A stretch of DNA of 64,000 nucleotides from Bdellovibrionales bacterium (GTDB lineage: Bacteria; Bdellovibrionota; Bdellovibrionia; Bdellovibrionales; JAGQZY01): positions 672,001 to 736,000 of the forward strand of contig CAXRHT010000001.1 in the NCBI GenBank assembly GCA_964230645.1, written 5' to 3'. Position 1 is the stretch's first letter, and each line of letters starts with the position of its first letter. The position numbers and the translations under genes were made by a program. The notes under the pieces were generated by a model that worked only from the letters and a program-made list of their open reading frames with translations, made no database searches and had not been told where the DNA came from. Shown in pieces: positions 30,771 to 40,261 of the stretch.

Positions 30771-32507
30771 TTAATTCACCTTTTGCAGATTTACAGGTCT
30801 TCCAATCCCTTGACCACCGACAACAACAAAACCAGTAAGCTGAGTTTCATCATCTTCCAACTGTTTTAGGCGCAAGTGGATAAAAGAACGGGCTCGGGTT
30901 TGACCCGAGGTGAGATAGATAAACCCAAGTCCTCCTTGAGTTCCTTGCTGAAGCTCTACCTGAGTCTTTCCTCCATCAATGACCAAACGACCAATGGAGT
31001 AGTCGCGGAAATTTTGCACAAAAAGAGTGACGTCTTTTTCACGCCCACGAGGAAGCTGAATGCGCCCACGGTACTCTCCAGTGATGTAGGTGGCATCGGA
31101 CTTATTGATCGTAAAAAAGTCAGGATAATCCTCCACTTTTTGACCACTCAATTCTTTTCTTGAATCATCAGTGGCGAAAGGCAATTCCATCTGAATTTCT
31201 TTTTCCTTTGAGATTTGAAAGCGAGCCACGAAGTTAGGAAAAGGATTATCATCAGGGACAAAATCACTGGCCAAGTACTCATTACCGTCGATGGAATAAG
31301 TCACATTGAAAAGACTTTGATAGAGAACTCCATCTCTAAGCCCCAATGTGGCTAAGAGGCGATCCTCAGTGGCTCTTACTAATGTCAGAGTCCAAGAATT
31401 ACCCTCTCCATCTCTTAAACGGTAAGTCCCTTCATGATTCTCCGCTGTGGCAATCGCTGCAGCCATTCGGGTTTCAATTTTCTCATTGAGGTCTTGAGCA
31501 AGGTCCATCAAGCCTCGGCTACGAAGTTCACTTGAAACCAATCGAATGGTTTCTAAATAGTCGATTATGTAAGCAGAAGGCGGCATATTGCGCGCATCGA
31601 TGAGACGATAGACCACTCCTTGCAAATAAACAGAGCTTAATTGGGTGATAGAATTTTTAAGAGCCTCTTCCTCAAGAGGAGTCGCTGATTCAAGAGCTTT
31701 TCCGAGAAACTCCACAAAGATATCACCGTAAATATTTGTGACACCCGTGGGAAGAGTGTTTGAAATATTTTGCAAATGGGAGCCTGTCTCTAGAACTTGG
31801 AAGCTTATTCTGTCCATCTGCTCAGGGGAAGCTTGCAGCACCTGTGAATAGAGAAAAAGTAAATAGTTTTCTACAAAGCGAACCTGCTCAAGACCACTAA
31901 GCCATTTGGTATAGTCTTCACCTTGCATTTCCGGATTATTGGTTAATACTTTTTCCGAAAGACTGGATAACAGAACTTTTGTTTTACCAATAAGAACAAG
32001 GTTTTCGGAATATTTATCTTTTACGTAAGCGGAGAGAGTTCTTAATTTGTCACCGATCGCCTCTTCATCAACGTCGCTACCAAGAAGTTCTAGCTCATTA
32101 TTGAAATCATCGAGCAGTCGGTTCACCGTTTCAGGCTTCATGACTCGAACGAGTTCCATTATCTCCTCAATTGGGGTTTCACTCACCTTCACCCAACGTA
32201 AGCCGTGTCCAGCCAAGCGGTCAGCCAACTGGTCAACGACTCCAGGGTAGATTGAATCTAACTCAAACTCCTGAGCTTTTTCCCTGAACATGGGTAAAAG
32301 ATTAAAGTACCCACGAAATTCAGAGTAAGTTCGAATGCTTCCAACTCCATCTTGAATTTCTAAAATCTGCTCCAATAAAGGTCCACTGGCCTGCCATTGT
32401 GTCTTCTCGATATCCTCAACACTTGTTAGGGCTTGTACGTTAAGGGTACTCAAAAAGATAAGAACACTTAACAACAGGGAAGAGCCTTTTACTTTACGGT
32501 TATTCAT
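30771..32507 (-). CDS. Secreted hypothetical protein (helical N-terminus, beta-rich C-terminus); last gene of the glycan operon
   Basis: Signal peptide ending VQA; ATGA overlap with the upstream gene. Confidence 0.75.
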   Translation of the reverse strand: MNNRKVKGSSLLLSVLIFLSTLNVQALTSVEDIEKTQWQASGPLLEQILEIQDGVGSIRTYSEFRGYFNLLPMFREKAQEFELDSIYPGVVDQLADRLAGHGLRWVKVSETPIEEIMELVRVMKPETVNRLLDDFNNELELLGSDVDEEAIGDKLRTLSAYVKDKYSENLVLIGKTKVLLSSLSEKVLTNNPEMQGEDYTKWLSGLEQVRFVENYLLFLYSQVLQASPEQMDRISFQVLETGSHLQNISNTLPTGVTNIYGDIFVEFLGKALESATPLEEEALKNSITQLSSVYLQGVVYRLIDARNMPPSAYIIDYLETIRLVSSELRSRGLMDLAQDLNEKIETRMAAAIATAENHEGTYRLRDGEGNSWTLTLVRATEDRLLATLGLRDGVLYQSLFNVTYSIDGNEYLASDFVPDDNPFPNFVARFQISKEKEIQMELPFATDDSRKELSGQKVEDYPDFFTINKSDATYITGEYRGRIQLPRGREKDVTLFVQNFRDYSIGRLVIDGGKTQVELQQGTQGGLGFIYLTSGQTRARSFIHLRLKQLEDDETQLTGFVVVGGQGIGRPVNLQKVN

Positions 32508-34276
32508 TTTAACTCCTCAATTTCTACATTTTCGATATTTTGGTTTTCTTCTATAAATTGATCTAAATTAATAAATTGGTAATCGAGTTCTTTGAGTCCC
32601 TTGACGAGCCTTCTGAGTTTTCTATCATCTCCAAGGTAGTCACCAATTCCGTCATTCAGATAATGATTGAGTAGGTAGGGATGAAAGAATAAAGAGGCCC
32701 AACAATCGCGAAGAACCTTGTTGCGTTTGGCATCCGCTAAGATTTCGTCAACCGAACGGGGCCACACGACATGATCACTTTTAAACGGCTGCGGGTTTCC
32801 TAAAATTTCAGGGACAATGCGCTGACCATAATAATCTCCGAAAATCTCGTAAGGATAAAGTTGACCAAACCAGTTTCCTTGAGTTTCGACTTCGAGGTTT
32901 TCAAAATAGTCTTTTTGCCTTTGATGGATTTCTTCCGCTTGGCTGTTGAATTGTAATCCTTTAAGCTCCTCTGTCGTCCACTCAGGGAGCCCGGAGGCCT
33001 CATTGATATAGTAGATCACACGTCCCACATTCCACTTAAAAACCTTTCCGAAAATTTTGTAATCAAGTGCTGAGGCTTGGTAGTGCGGCGTTAACCAAGC
33101 TTGTGGGTAAATTCCCATTTGCTCAAAATAGCGAAATCCAAGATCTAAACGGTTAAGAACATAGCTAACACTGTCCTCTTCAATGGGTTGATTGTTGTTA
33201 GCGTCCCAGAACTCAAAGTCATCAGAACTGTAACCGCTATGGGGGTTGGGAATGTCGCGATATTGGTGAGTTACTCCATGCCATATAAAAACGGAGCCTC
33301 GTTGTTTTTCTCTCTCAAGCCAAAGTTTAAAAGGTTCGTACTGGGTCATCGTCACCCATTCTTGCTCAGGCTTGCGGTCGTAACGATAAAGGGGATCATA
33401 AAATATGGGGACTAAAGAGATATGCATGGGCACATTTTCTTCTCGAAAGACTAAGGAGAGCCTTTCAAGCTCACGAATATTTGTAAGTGGATGAACATCC
33501 TCAATACGAATCAGTGCTAAGGGATTAGGATGACGAGCACTCTCACCTAAAACATCAAAAATTAAATCGCTGAACACTAAATAGCGATCCGACTCATGAA
33601 TATAACTAAATGGGATATCAGCCACATAGAAATGATTTTTCTTTCGAATAATGTAAGGCGCCTTTTCATCTGTCACGGGCTGATGGGCCCAAGAGAGAAT
33701 CTGAGCATCACTTCCCTCTTTGGTGGGATTTAAAACCACCATTTCAAAAGGAGAGGCGAAGACCTGCTCCCCATCTCTTTCTACGAACTCACCAAACTTT
33801 TTAAACTGCTCGCCTTTATAAGAAATGTTTTGAAAAAAACTAGGCTTCCCGTTGGAATGAAGATTCTCTTGATCCAATTTTGTCAGATGGGAGTATTGTG
33901 CTGAGAACATCTCGCTTTGAGCCTCTGGCGAGTAAAGCCATATAGAGTAGCCAAGCCACGCCACATTTCTTTGAGTATTTTTGAAATCTTCAAGAAAGGC
34001 CAAAGGGATGTCGTTTTCAAAATAGCTTCCAATATAAAATGTAGCCTCACACTCGTCGATCTGACCAGGCTTATAGTTTTCAACAGCACCGACTCGTTGT
34101 TTCCAATCGGGGAAGTGCCCCAATAGATTCTGTAGATAGATTGCGTAGGTTTTTCCGAATACGTAATCAGTCGGGCCTTCATCATAATAGACATTAACAC
34201 ATTTTTTTCCACTGTCCGCCTGCGCATTCAACGGTAAAAATATAAATAAGAATAAAAAACAAAAAATAGTTTTCAT
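32504..34276 (-). CDS. Polysaccharide deacetylase-like protein (DUF2334-like, NodB/CE4 fold)
   Basis: IRIEDVHP, WHGVTHQY, LTPHY and SLFFHP motifs; signal peptide MKTIFC..AQA; ATG at 34276 overlaps the upstream TGA. Confidence 0.8.
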   Translation of the reverse strand: MKTIFCFLFLFIFLPLNAQADSGKKCVNVYYDEGPTDYVFGKTYAIYLQNLLGHFPDWKQRVGAVENYKPGQIDECEATFYIGSYFENDIPLAFLEDFKNTQRNVAWLGYSIWLYSPEAQSEMFSAQYSHLTKLDQENLHSNGKPSFFQNISYKGEQFKKFGEFVERDGEQVFASPFEMVVLNPTKEGSDAQILSWAHQPVTDEKAPYIIRKKNHFYVADIPFSYIHESDRYLVFSDLIFDVLGESARHPNPLALIRIEDVHPLTNIRELERLSLVFREENVPMHISLVPIFYDPLYRYDRKPEQEWVTMTQYEPFKLWLEREKQRGSVFIWHGVTHQYRDIPNPHSGYSSDDFEFWDANNNQPIEEDSVSYVLNRLDLGFRYFEQMGIYPQAWLTPHYQASALDYKIFGKVFKWNVGRVIYYINEASGLPEWTTEELKGLQFNSQAEEIHQRQKDYFENLEVETQGNWFGQLYPYEIFGDYYGQRIVPEILGNPQPFKSDHVVWPRSVDEILADAKRNKVLRDCWASLFFHPYLLNHYLNDGIGDYLGDDRKLRRLVKGLKELDYQFINLDQFIEENQNIENVEIEELK

Positions 34277-35334
34277 TGACCTAGCTCCTCTTGCACTCGC
34301 TCCCCTTTCCAAAAAGAATGAGACATTTCTTCCCTGTAGGCTCGTTCTGCTTGTGGAGAGGATGTCAGGCGAAAGTCCGCAGACCCGTCCTCCAACCATC
34401 CCGGAGAATTCCAATAAGTGATGGCTTTAATTCTTTGATACTTGGGATTCATTCGAATGCTACGTAGACTTTGCTGCAGCCAACGGGCTTTTTTATCCTG
34501 GTCATTTCTATGCTCGATCACAGCAAACTCTGAAATCATAACCGGTTTAAACAATGAAACACTTTCCAGTTGCGGCCAAAAATAATCGAGCTTATTTTCG
34601 AAAAGGTACCATTTGTGAGTAGGTAGCTGAGCGCCAAAAACAGAAAGGCCTATCCAGTCAATGTAGTCATCACCAGGATAGTAAAAGGCCGCCTCATTCC
34701 ACCAAGAATGAGGACTCCAAGAAGTATCCACATGAAAGACCCAAGTGACATTGCTCACTTCTTCTTGGCGAAAAATTTCGATGATCTGACGATAAGCATC
34801 CCTAAAACTTTCAGGACCGTCAGGGACATTGGGGTCGCCATAACCGGATCTTTTCCCGCCTCCATTCCATCGGCCATTCCAAGCAAACCAATCACCATTG
34901 ACCTCCGGCCCAAATTCCAAAATAAGTGGTTTACCATAAGCTTTGGCCTGTTGGGCCCATCGGCGAAGGGGCTCATCGAAGACACCTTGAGCGAAATCCT
35001 TCATTTTGTAATAAGGATCCGGTCCGCTTGTTCTCATCTCTACCCAAGGGAGAAGGCGAATATAGGGAATGACTTCAGCCCTATCACAAGCTTCGACACT
35101 GGCTTGAGGGAAAAGAATCTCGCCGCCCAGCCAATTGTTTGAAAAATAATTCCACACTAATTTTTTACCAACACGATCTTCATAGTCCTTAATGTTTTCC
35201 ACACTGACATCACTAGCTCCCCCACCGGCATCCGTGTAGGCACCGACGTAGGCACCCTCCACAGGGGGGTAAACCTTTCCTGAGGCGTGGGAGATTTGAT
35301 GACTAAAAAGAAAAAGGACAAGAATTCGTTTCAT
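34273..35334 (-). CDS. Glycoside hydrolase family 26-like protein
   Basis: PEVNGDWFAW (acid/base Glu), NVTWVF, YYPGDDYIDWIG and PVMISEF (nucleophile Glu); signal peptide. Confidence 0.85.
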   Translation of the reverse strand: MKRILVLFLFSHQISHASGKVYPPVEGAYVGAYTDAGGGASDVSVENIKDYEDRVGKKLVWNYFSNNWLGGEILFPQASVEACDRAEVIPYIRLLPWVEMRTSGPDPYYKMKDFAQGVFDEPLRRWAQQAKAYGKPLILEFGPEVNGDWFAWNGRWNGGGKRSGYGDPNVPDGPESFRDAYRQIIEIFRQEEVSNVTWVFHVDTSWSPHSWWNEAAFYYPGDDYIDWIGLSVFGAQLPTHKWYLFENKLDYFWPQLESVSLFKPVMISEFAVIEHRNDQDKKARWLQQSLRSIRMNPKYQRIKAITYWNSPGWLEDGSADFRLTSSPQAERAYREEMSHSFWKGERVQEELGQ

Positions 35335-35337
35335 TGG

Positions 35338-36603
35338 CTATTCCTTAAAATACTGATCTAATACAGCTTCTGTTTCTTCTTTGCCGTATGGAGAGAATCC
35401 ACGATCTTCGCTACCGTGAAAGTTAGGATTAAGAGAAATGTCCCAGAAAGCGATTCCATCAAACCAAGGATAGCCCGGCTCCCAGAAACCGTTAAAGAGA
35501 GCTTGGTAAGAGATGGCTTGGTGTTCGATATTAAGAGGACCTTGAGCCGTGGCGTAGGTAAAGGGATTGATAAAAGCATTTTCAACACTACGGTAGCCCA
35601 CCTCTTTTAAAACCACTTTTTTTGCAACACCGGTCATAATCTCGATATCAAGAAGAGCAGTGTCCAGTTGTGCACTGTAGGCCATAGAACGCTGAGATAA
35701 AAAGGCCAGTAGCCCATCTCTGTCGGCTGGTAGATCATCAGATGGAAAGGCAAAAGACCGGTACATATCAATTCCTATTCGATCAAGCTCAGTCCAAAAC
35801 TGAATGAGATTCTGCCATATCTCATTTTCTTCTGGATCTTCAGGTTCAGCGAGATCGACGAGACGATAGCGCCAGCGCTCAAGCTCCCCACCAGAACGAG
35901 TGAGTCCTTGAGTCGAGAGAGTGTCGTCGGTAAAATTAATATCGTAAGCAATGCGGGTGTTCGGAATTTTTGCTTTTACGTAACGTAGAAGTTCTAACCA
36001 ACGCCCAGGAAACCCATGGGGATATTCCGGCCATTGATCCTCAATACCTACAGTCATACTGTAAAGTTCCGCTCCGATTGTGAAATCGTCGACTTTTGCT
36101 AAACGAGCGATCGTGACGTAGCGATCAAGATAGAGCTGAAACTGTTCGAACCAAGTGTTGGGGTTTGAGGGCTGAATATTTCCATGCCACCAAACTTTGG
36201 TGGTACCATCTTCAAGAACCTCTTCCACTGGAAATTCACCATTGGGTCCTACCACAAAAACGATGGGACGAATGCCAACAGTGAGTCCCTGATCATGAGC
36301 ATACCTGACCAGAGAAGCCATTTCTCGAGCTTCGATTCCTATAGGTCCGCTTCCTGTGACTGGTTCAATGGAGTTGGAAAAAGGTCCAATCATTTTCGCG
36401 CGAACGTTTAAAATGATATGGTTACCTCCAAGCTCGACCACTCGGTCTACGGCCTCTTGAGCTTTGGTTTTTTCCTCACCTGCGGGGTTAGCTTTATAGC
36501 GAAACTCACCATTTTCAGTCAGGTTAAAGCCCTTTACGGACTGTCCCCACAGTGGCTGACCTATAAGTAAAGCTATACTTAAAATAAAAGTAAAGCGTGT
36601 CAT
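35338..36603 (-). CDS. Glycoside hydrolase family 113-like TIM-barrel protein
   Basis: WWHGNIQP, FTIGAELYSM, IGIDMY, KEVGYRS and FSPYGK motifs; signal peptide. Confidence 0.75.
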   Translation of the reverse strand: MTRFTFILSIALLIGQPLWGQSVKGFNLTENGEFRYKANPAGEEKTKAQEAVDRVVELGGNHIILNVRAKMIGPFSNSIEPVTGSGPIGIEAREMASLVRYAHDQGLTVGIRPIVFVVGPNGEFPVEEVLEDGTTKVWWHGNIQPSNPNTWFEQFQLYLDRYVTIARLAKVDDFTIGAELYSMTVGIEDQWPEYPHGFPGRWLELLRYVKAKIPNTRIAYDINFTDDTLSTQGLTRSGGELERWRYRLVDLAEPEDPEENEIWQNLIQFWTELDRIGIDMYRSFAFPSDDLPADRDGLLAFLSQRSMAYSAQLDTALLDIEIMTGVAKKVVLKEVGYRSVENAFINPFTYATAQGPLNIEHQAISYQALFNGFWEPGYPWFDGIAFWDISLNPNFHGSEDRGFSPYGKEETEAVLDQYFKE

Positions 36604-37946
36604 AAAATGATCTCCTTATTATTCTTTTTCGAACTATTCTTAATTAAATTTTGAGGTAAAATTGGAAATGTGTGTTGTGTTTTTTTCCACTGCACTTCTT
36701 TGCCTAGAACTTGGTTTACGAAAAAATCTTTTCCCGCCAAAATTCCCGCACAAGTGTTAATCGTGATAGCCAGCGGCCAGCGTATGGGAACGAGTAGAGA
36801 TTGTTTCGTACCATGGTGGAATTTCACCCATTTCATTCTCATCACTATGCGAAACAGCATAAAGACAAGGTTACTCAGCAATAAACCATTGATAAAAATA
36901 TCATCCACATCAGGATCGATGATCATTTCCACCGACAGAAGCACTAGGCAGTTTATAGAGACAAAAGGGGCTAAAATAGCTTTACGATCCCGCCAAAGAA
37001 AGTACCTTTGGTTAAACTCTCCAAACCATCCCAGACGCTGCCAACCTTGATAACAAATCCCCATAGTCCAGCGCGCTTTCTGACGAATGGAAGCTTTGAA
37101 TGAGGAGGGAAAAAATTCTCGGGTCGCAATGAGTTGATCGGTAAAAGTTTGCATATAACAGGCGAAAAGAGAACGAAACCCAAATTGGCTGGCTCTTAAC
37201 CCCAGGATATAGTCCTCTGTTAAATCCTTATGGGGAAACAAAGCCCCTTCTTGTAAGTCTCTAAAATAAAGGACCAGGTTTCTCTTCATACAAGTTCCCA
37301 CCCCAGCCGAAGGGATCGCCGCTTTTGTGGCCTGGCGAACCAAGAGATCTTTGGAATGAATTTCGGCAAATTCATCAAGATAAGTTCCGCCCACAAAATT
37401 AAGTGAATGACGATTGAAACTTAAGACGGGAGTCTGAATGAAGTCGTAATTGCTTAAGTTCTGTCGATAAAGAAGTAGGGACGACGGATCAATAAGGTCT
37501 TCCGAATCGTGCATAATAAAGGCATCAAAACGAAGCTTATTTTCTTTTTCGAAATCGAGAATTCCATTAATAAGTTCATCAAGCATTTGCCCTTTATAAG
37601 TCGGACCATTTTTACGATTAATCACGCAGTGAACATTGGCAATACTGTTTGCCAGGGACTCGGCGACAGTTTTTGTGGCCTCGTCATTAGGATAAACACC
37701 TAAGAATATATGGGTGTTTTCATCAAGAAGAATTCCAGAATTGGCTTGAACCATTTGAGCAAGCACTTCTTCTTCTTTCCAGTTAGCCACCATGATAGCA
37801 AGCTTTCTCTCTCGGTCTCGATCGGAGATGGAATTGTTCATCCCCGTTGGTTTTAATTTCAACAGGAGACTTAACCAATCAATAAAAAGATCATCCATGA
37901 TGAAGATGAAAACAATAAGGGCCGAGAGAAGATACCAAATTTCCAT
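36600..37946 (-). CDS. NfrB-like processive GT2 glycosyltransferase (no C-terminal MshEN domains)
   Basis: AIMVANWKE, GVYPND, GPTYKG, HDSED, YLDEFAEIH.KDLLVR, PSAGVG, LTEDY, ATREFFP, RQKARW..GI, WRDRK and WKKTQH.FP, all typical of NfrB-type GTs. Confidence 0.85.
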   Translation of the reverse strand: MEIWYLLSALIVFIFIMDDLFIDWLSLLLKLKPTGMNNSISDRDRERKLAIMVANWKEEEVLAQMVQANSGILLDENTHIFLGVYPNDEATKTVAESLANSIANVHCVINRKNGPTYKGQMLDELINGILDFEKENKLRFDAFIMHDSEDLIDPSSLLLYRQNLSNYDFIQTPVLSFNRHSLNFVGGTYLDEFAEIHSKDLLVRQATKAAIPSAGVGTCMKRNLVLYFRDLQEGALFPHKDLTEDYILGLRASQFGFRSLFACYMQTFTDQLIATREFFPSSFKASIRQKARWTMGICYQGWQRLGWFGEFNQRYFLWRDRKAILAPFVSINCLVLLSVEMIIDPDVDDIFINGLLLSNLVFMLFRIVMRMKWVKFHHGTKQSLLVPIRWPLAITINTCAGILAGKDFFVNQVLGKEVQWKKTQHTFPILPQNLIKNSSKKNNKEIIL

Positions 37947-38764
37947 CAGTAAAAACTCCCGGAAAGAACTAGGAGGGCGTCATACTGGCCAGGGTTGATA
38001 TTACTCGATAGAGAATAATGCGTGAGGGCACCAATATAAAATTTGTCGAGACGAGTATTTAATCGCGCTCCAACTCGAATCTCGTTTTCGAGAGGACCGT
38101 AACCGATGTCTCCACTTTGTCTTGTGAAGCCTTCAAAATAGGGATCAATGCTGAAAGTTGAATTGAGCCCTTTCGAATAGCCAAGCTTAACCCATGTGGT
38201 AAATACAGAGCGTTCACTAACTCGGTCTATTTGAATCCAATCACCATAGGTTTCAAAAAAGGCTCTCTTGAAAAGAAATTTTTTATAGTAATAAATAAGT
38301 CCCACACGCAGTTCTTCGCTTTTCCAGTCTCCAGCCAAGGACTCCGTTCGATAGATAAACCGTTTCTCTGTAAACAAGGACAAAAAATAGGGATAAGGCA
38401 AAATATCAATTGATAAGCCCACGGTGGGCATAACGGCGTTCTCTATGGCAAGCGGAGCTCCTTCGTTTGAAAGGTCACGGGTGAAGCGAAGACCAAAATA
38501 GGGCTGAACCCGTTCTTTAAGAAAATAGAAGCGATTGTAAAAGCGGGAATCGGTCACAGCTCCGTCAAAACGAGAGTCGTAATAAGTCTCCGAATAAAAC
38601 TTACCTTCTAACTTCACCCCTCCCAATTCCCCTGCCTGCAGCGGATTTGAAAGAAGAAGGAGTAAAAAACTATGAAAAAATGACAGCTTCAACTTGCTCA
38701 AAAACAACCCCAAATTCCTCTTTTTCTTTACGACTAGGCCCCCTTTTATGAGAATTTCCGGCAA
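37946..38764 (-). CDS. Outer-membrane beta-barrel protein; first gene of the glycan operon
   Basis: Signal peptide ending LQA; aromatic-rich amphipathic strands; C-terminal SGSFY; TGATG overlap with the GT. Start uncertain. Confidence 0.65.
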   Translation of the reverse strand: MPEILIKGGLVVKKKRNLGLFLSKLKLSFFHSFLLLLLSNPLQAGELGGVKLEGKFYSETYYDSRFDGAVTDSRFYNRFYFLKERVQPYFGLRFTRDLSNEGAPLAIENAVMPTVGLSIDILPYPYFLSLFTEKRFIYRTESLAGDWKSEELRVGLIYYYKKFLFKRAFFETYGDWIQIDRVSERSVFTTWVKLGYSKGLNSTFSIDPYFEGFTRQSGDIGYGPLENEIRVGARLNTRLDKFYIGALTHYSLSSNINPGQYDALLVLSGSFY

Positions 38765-38890
38765 TGGCCAATGTGCGTCATTGGTTTTGTAAGAGGTAAA
38801 GGGTGTTTTGAAGTTTTTTTACAAAAGAAACAACAGTTGTGCTTTTTGTATTTAGTTCATTTGCAGGGATGATAGTGGGTTACAATGAAA

Positions 38891-39535
38891 TTAATTGTTA
38901 TTGGGCTCCACAAAACAAAGAATAGGGTAGCTCTCATCACAATCGTCATCACCGTCAGACCATCGATCCGAATCATCCCATGTAAAGTCTCCGACCTCAC
39001 CCGTGTCGTCAGAAGAGCTTGATGACCAATTCTCACAATGGTTGCCGGAACCACTTGTTGGCCAATGGGTGTCTGATCCGGTTCCTCGCCCAGTCCAAAC
39101 ATTGTCATCGTAATTAAAGTTACTTGTTATATCCCAATCATTTTCATTACCAGGTCCCCGTCCCATGCTATTAGTGGTAAAACTAGCTCCTCCGATACCA
39201 ACGCTATCAACTTTAGCAAAATAGTAAGTGGTATTGGGGCTTAAATTACTGCAGCCGGATCCGTCACATAAAAAGGACTTCACTCGCGAAGAATCGAGTT
39301 CACAGGCCGAACTTTTTCCTCGCCAGTTGTAAGTGGTTAATTCAATCAAGCAGGTAGCATCTGCTCCCGATCGTCCTCCTAAATTTCCAGTACTCGAATT
39401 CTTAGAAAGTATAAAGTAGCCATGGGAAACAACGCACTCTCCTGATGGTGACCAAAAACCAAAAGGAATGGGCTGAGCCTTCCCCAAGCTATGAGTTAAG
39501 ATAAAAAAAGATATTAAATATTTTATATTGAGCAT
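38891..39535 (-). CDS. Secreted DUF1554-like (C-type-lectin/endostatin-like fold) protein
   Basis: GNLGGRSGADATC, VWTG, CENWSS and ILCFV motifs; signal peptide. Confidence 0.65.
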   Translation of the reverse strand: MLNIKYLISFFILTHSLGKAQPIPFGFWSPSGECVVSHGYFILSKNSSTGNLGGRSGADATCLIELTTYNWRGKSSACELDSSRVKSFLCDGSGCSNLSPNTTYYFAKVDSVGIGGASFTTNSMGRGPGNENDWDITSNFNYDDNVWTGRGTGSDTHWPTSGSGNHCENWSSSSSDDTGEVGDFTWDDSDRWSDGDDDCDESYPILCFVEPNNN

Positions 39536-39637
39536 TGTCTCTTTCCCTATCGGATAAAAAGGCAATCTCAGAAGTCTTTTTCTTAATTAAAGACAATTTT
39601 TAAAGGAACGAATATTCGTGTTTTCGTTATACTTTCT

Positions 39638-40159
39638 TTAAGGATTTAATTCTGGGTATTTTTCATTGGGTTTGATCGAAGGTTTGTTTTCTTCAGGCGC
39701 TGGTGCAATGGGTGTTTTGGACTTTGTCGACTCAAGTTTCAGTTTCTCTTCTTTAGAGACAAAGCGTGGTTTTATCTGGGGTCTAGGCTTGAGTAAATAT
39801 TGAGGATTGTCTTTACGCTTTTCTAGAAAATCAGAAACCCTCTCGGCGGCCTTCTCACTATTTCGTTTATAAAGGATAGGGTCAAACCCGCAGTGAGGAC
39901 ACTTTAGACTCTCGCGGTAACGGACTCTTAAGAACACCTGAAAGCAAAACGCAAGACTCATAAAAATAAGAAGTGATCTTAAATCTGGCCCGCCCCAAAT
40001 GGCATAGGCTAGAAGTCCAGTGACGAACAACAAAAGACCGCCGTCAAAAATAGAGACCTCTTTCTTTAAATACACCCTATGGTTTAATCGACAAAATGCA
40101 CAGACTCGGTTTTCAGATGTTTTAAATATCATCCTTCTATTATGAATCATTCTAGCCAC
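39638..40159 (-). CDS. Hypothetical membrane protein with two CxxC pairs
   Basis: CAFC, two TM helices, CPHCGFDP. Confidence 0.7.
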   Translation of the reverse strand: MARMIHNRRMIFKTSENRVCAFCRLNHRVYLKKEVSIFDGGLLLFVTGLLAYAIWGGPDLRSLLIFMSLAFCFQVFLRVRYRESLKCPHCGFDPILYKRNSEKAAERVSDFLEKRKDNPQYLLKPRPQIKPRFVSKEEKLKLESTKSKTPIAPAPEENKPSIKPNEKYPELNP

Positions 40160-40261
40160 CAGCTAAAGTCGAGTGTTTTATTCTCTCCATTTTCCCTACA
40201 AAAGGCTTAAATCGCGCTTAGATTAAGCTTCTCGCTGATTTTTAACCTCTTAGTTCCTATA

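Noticed and set aside
34277..34414. Longer start for the deacetylase
   Set aside because: It lies inside the GH26 gene; ATG 34276 gives a signal peptide and an ATGA coupling.
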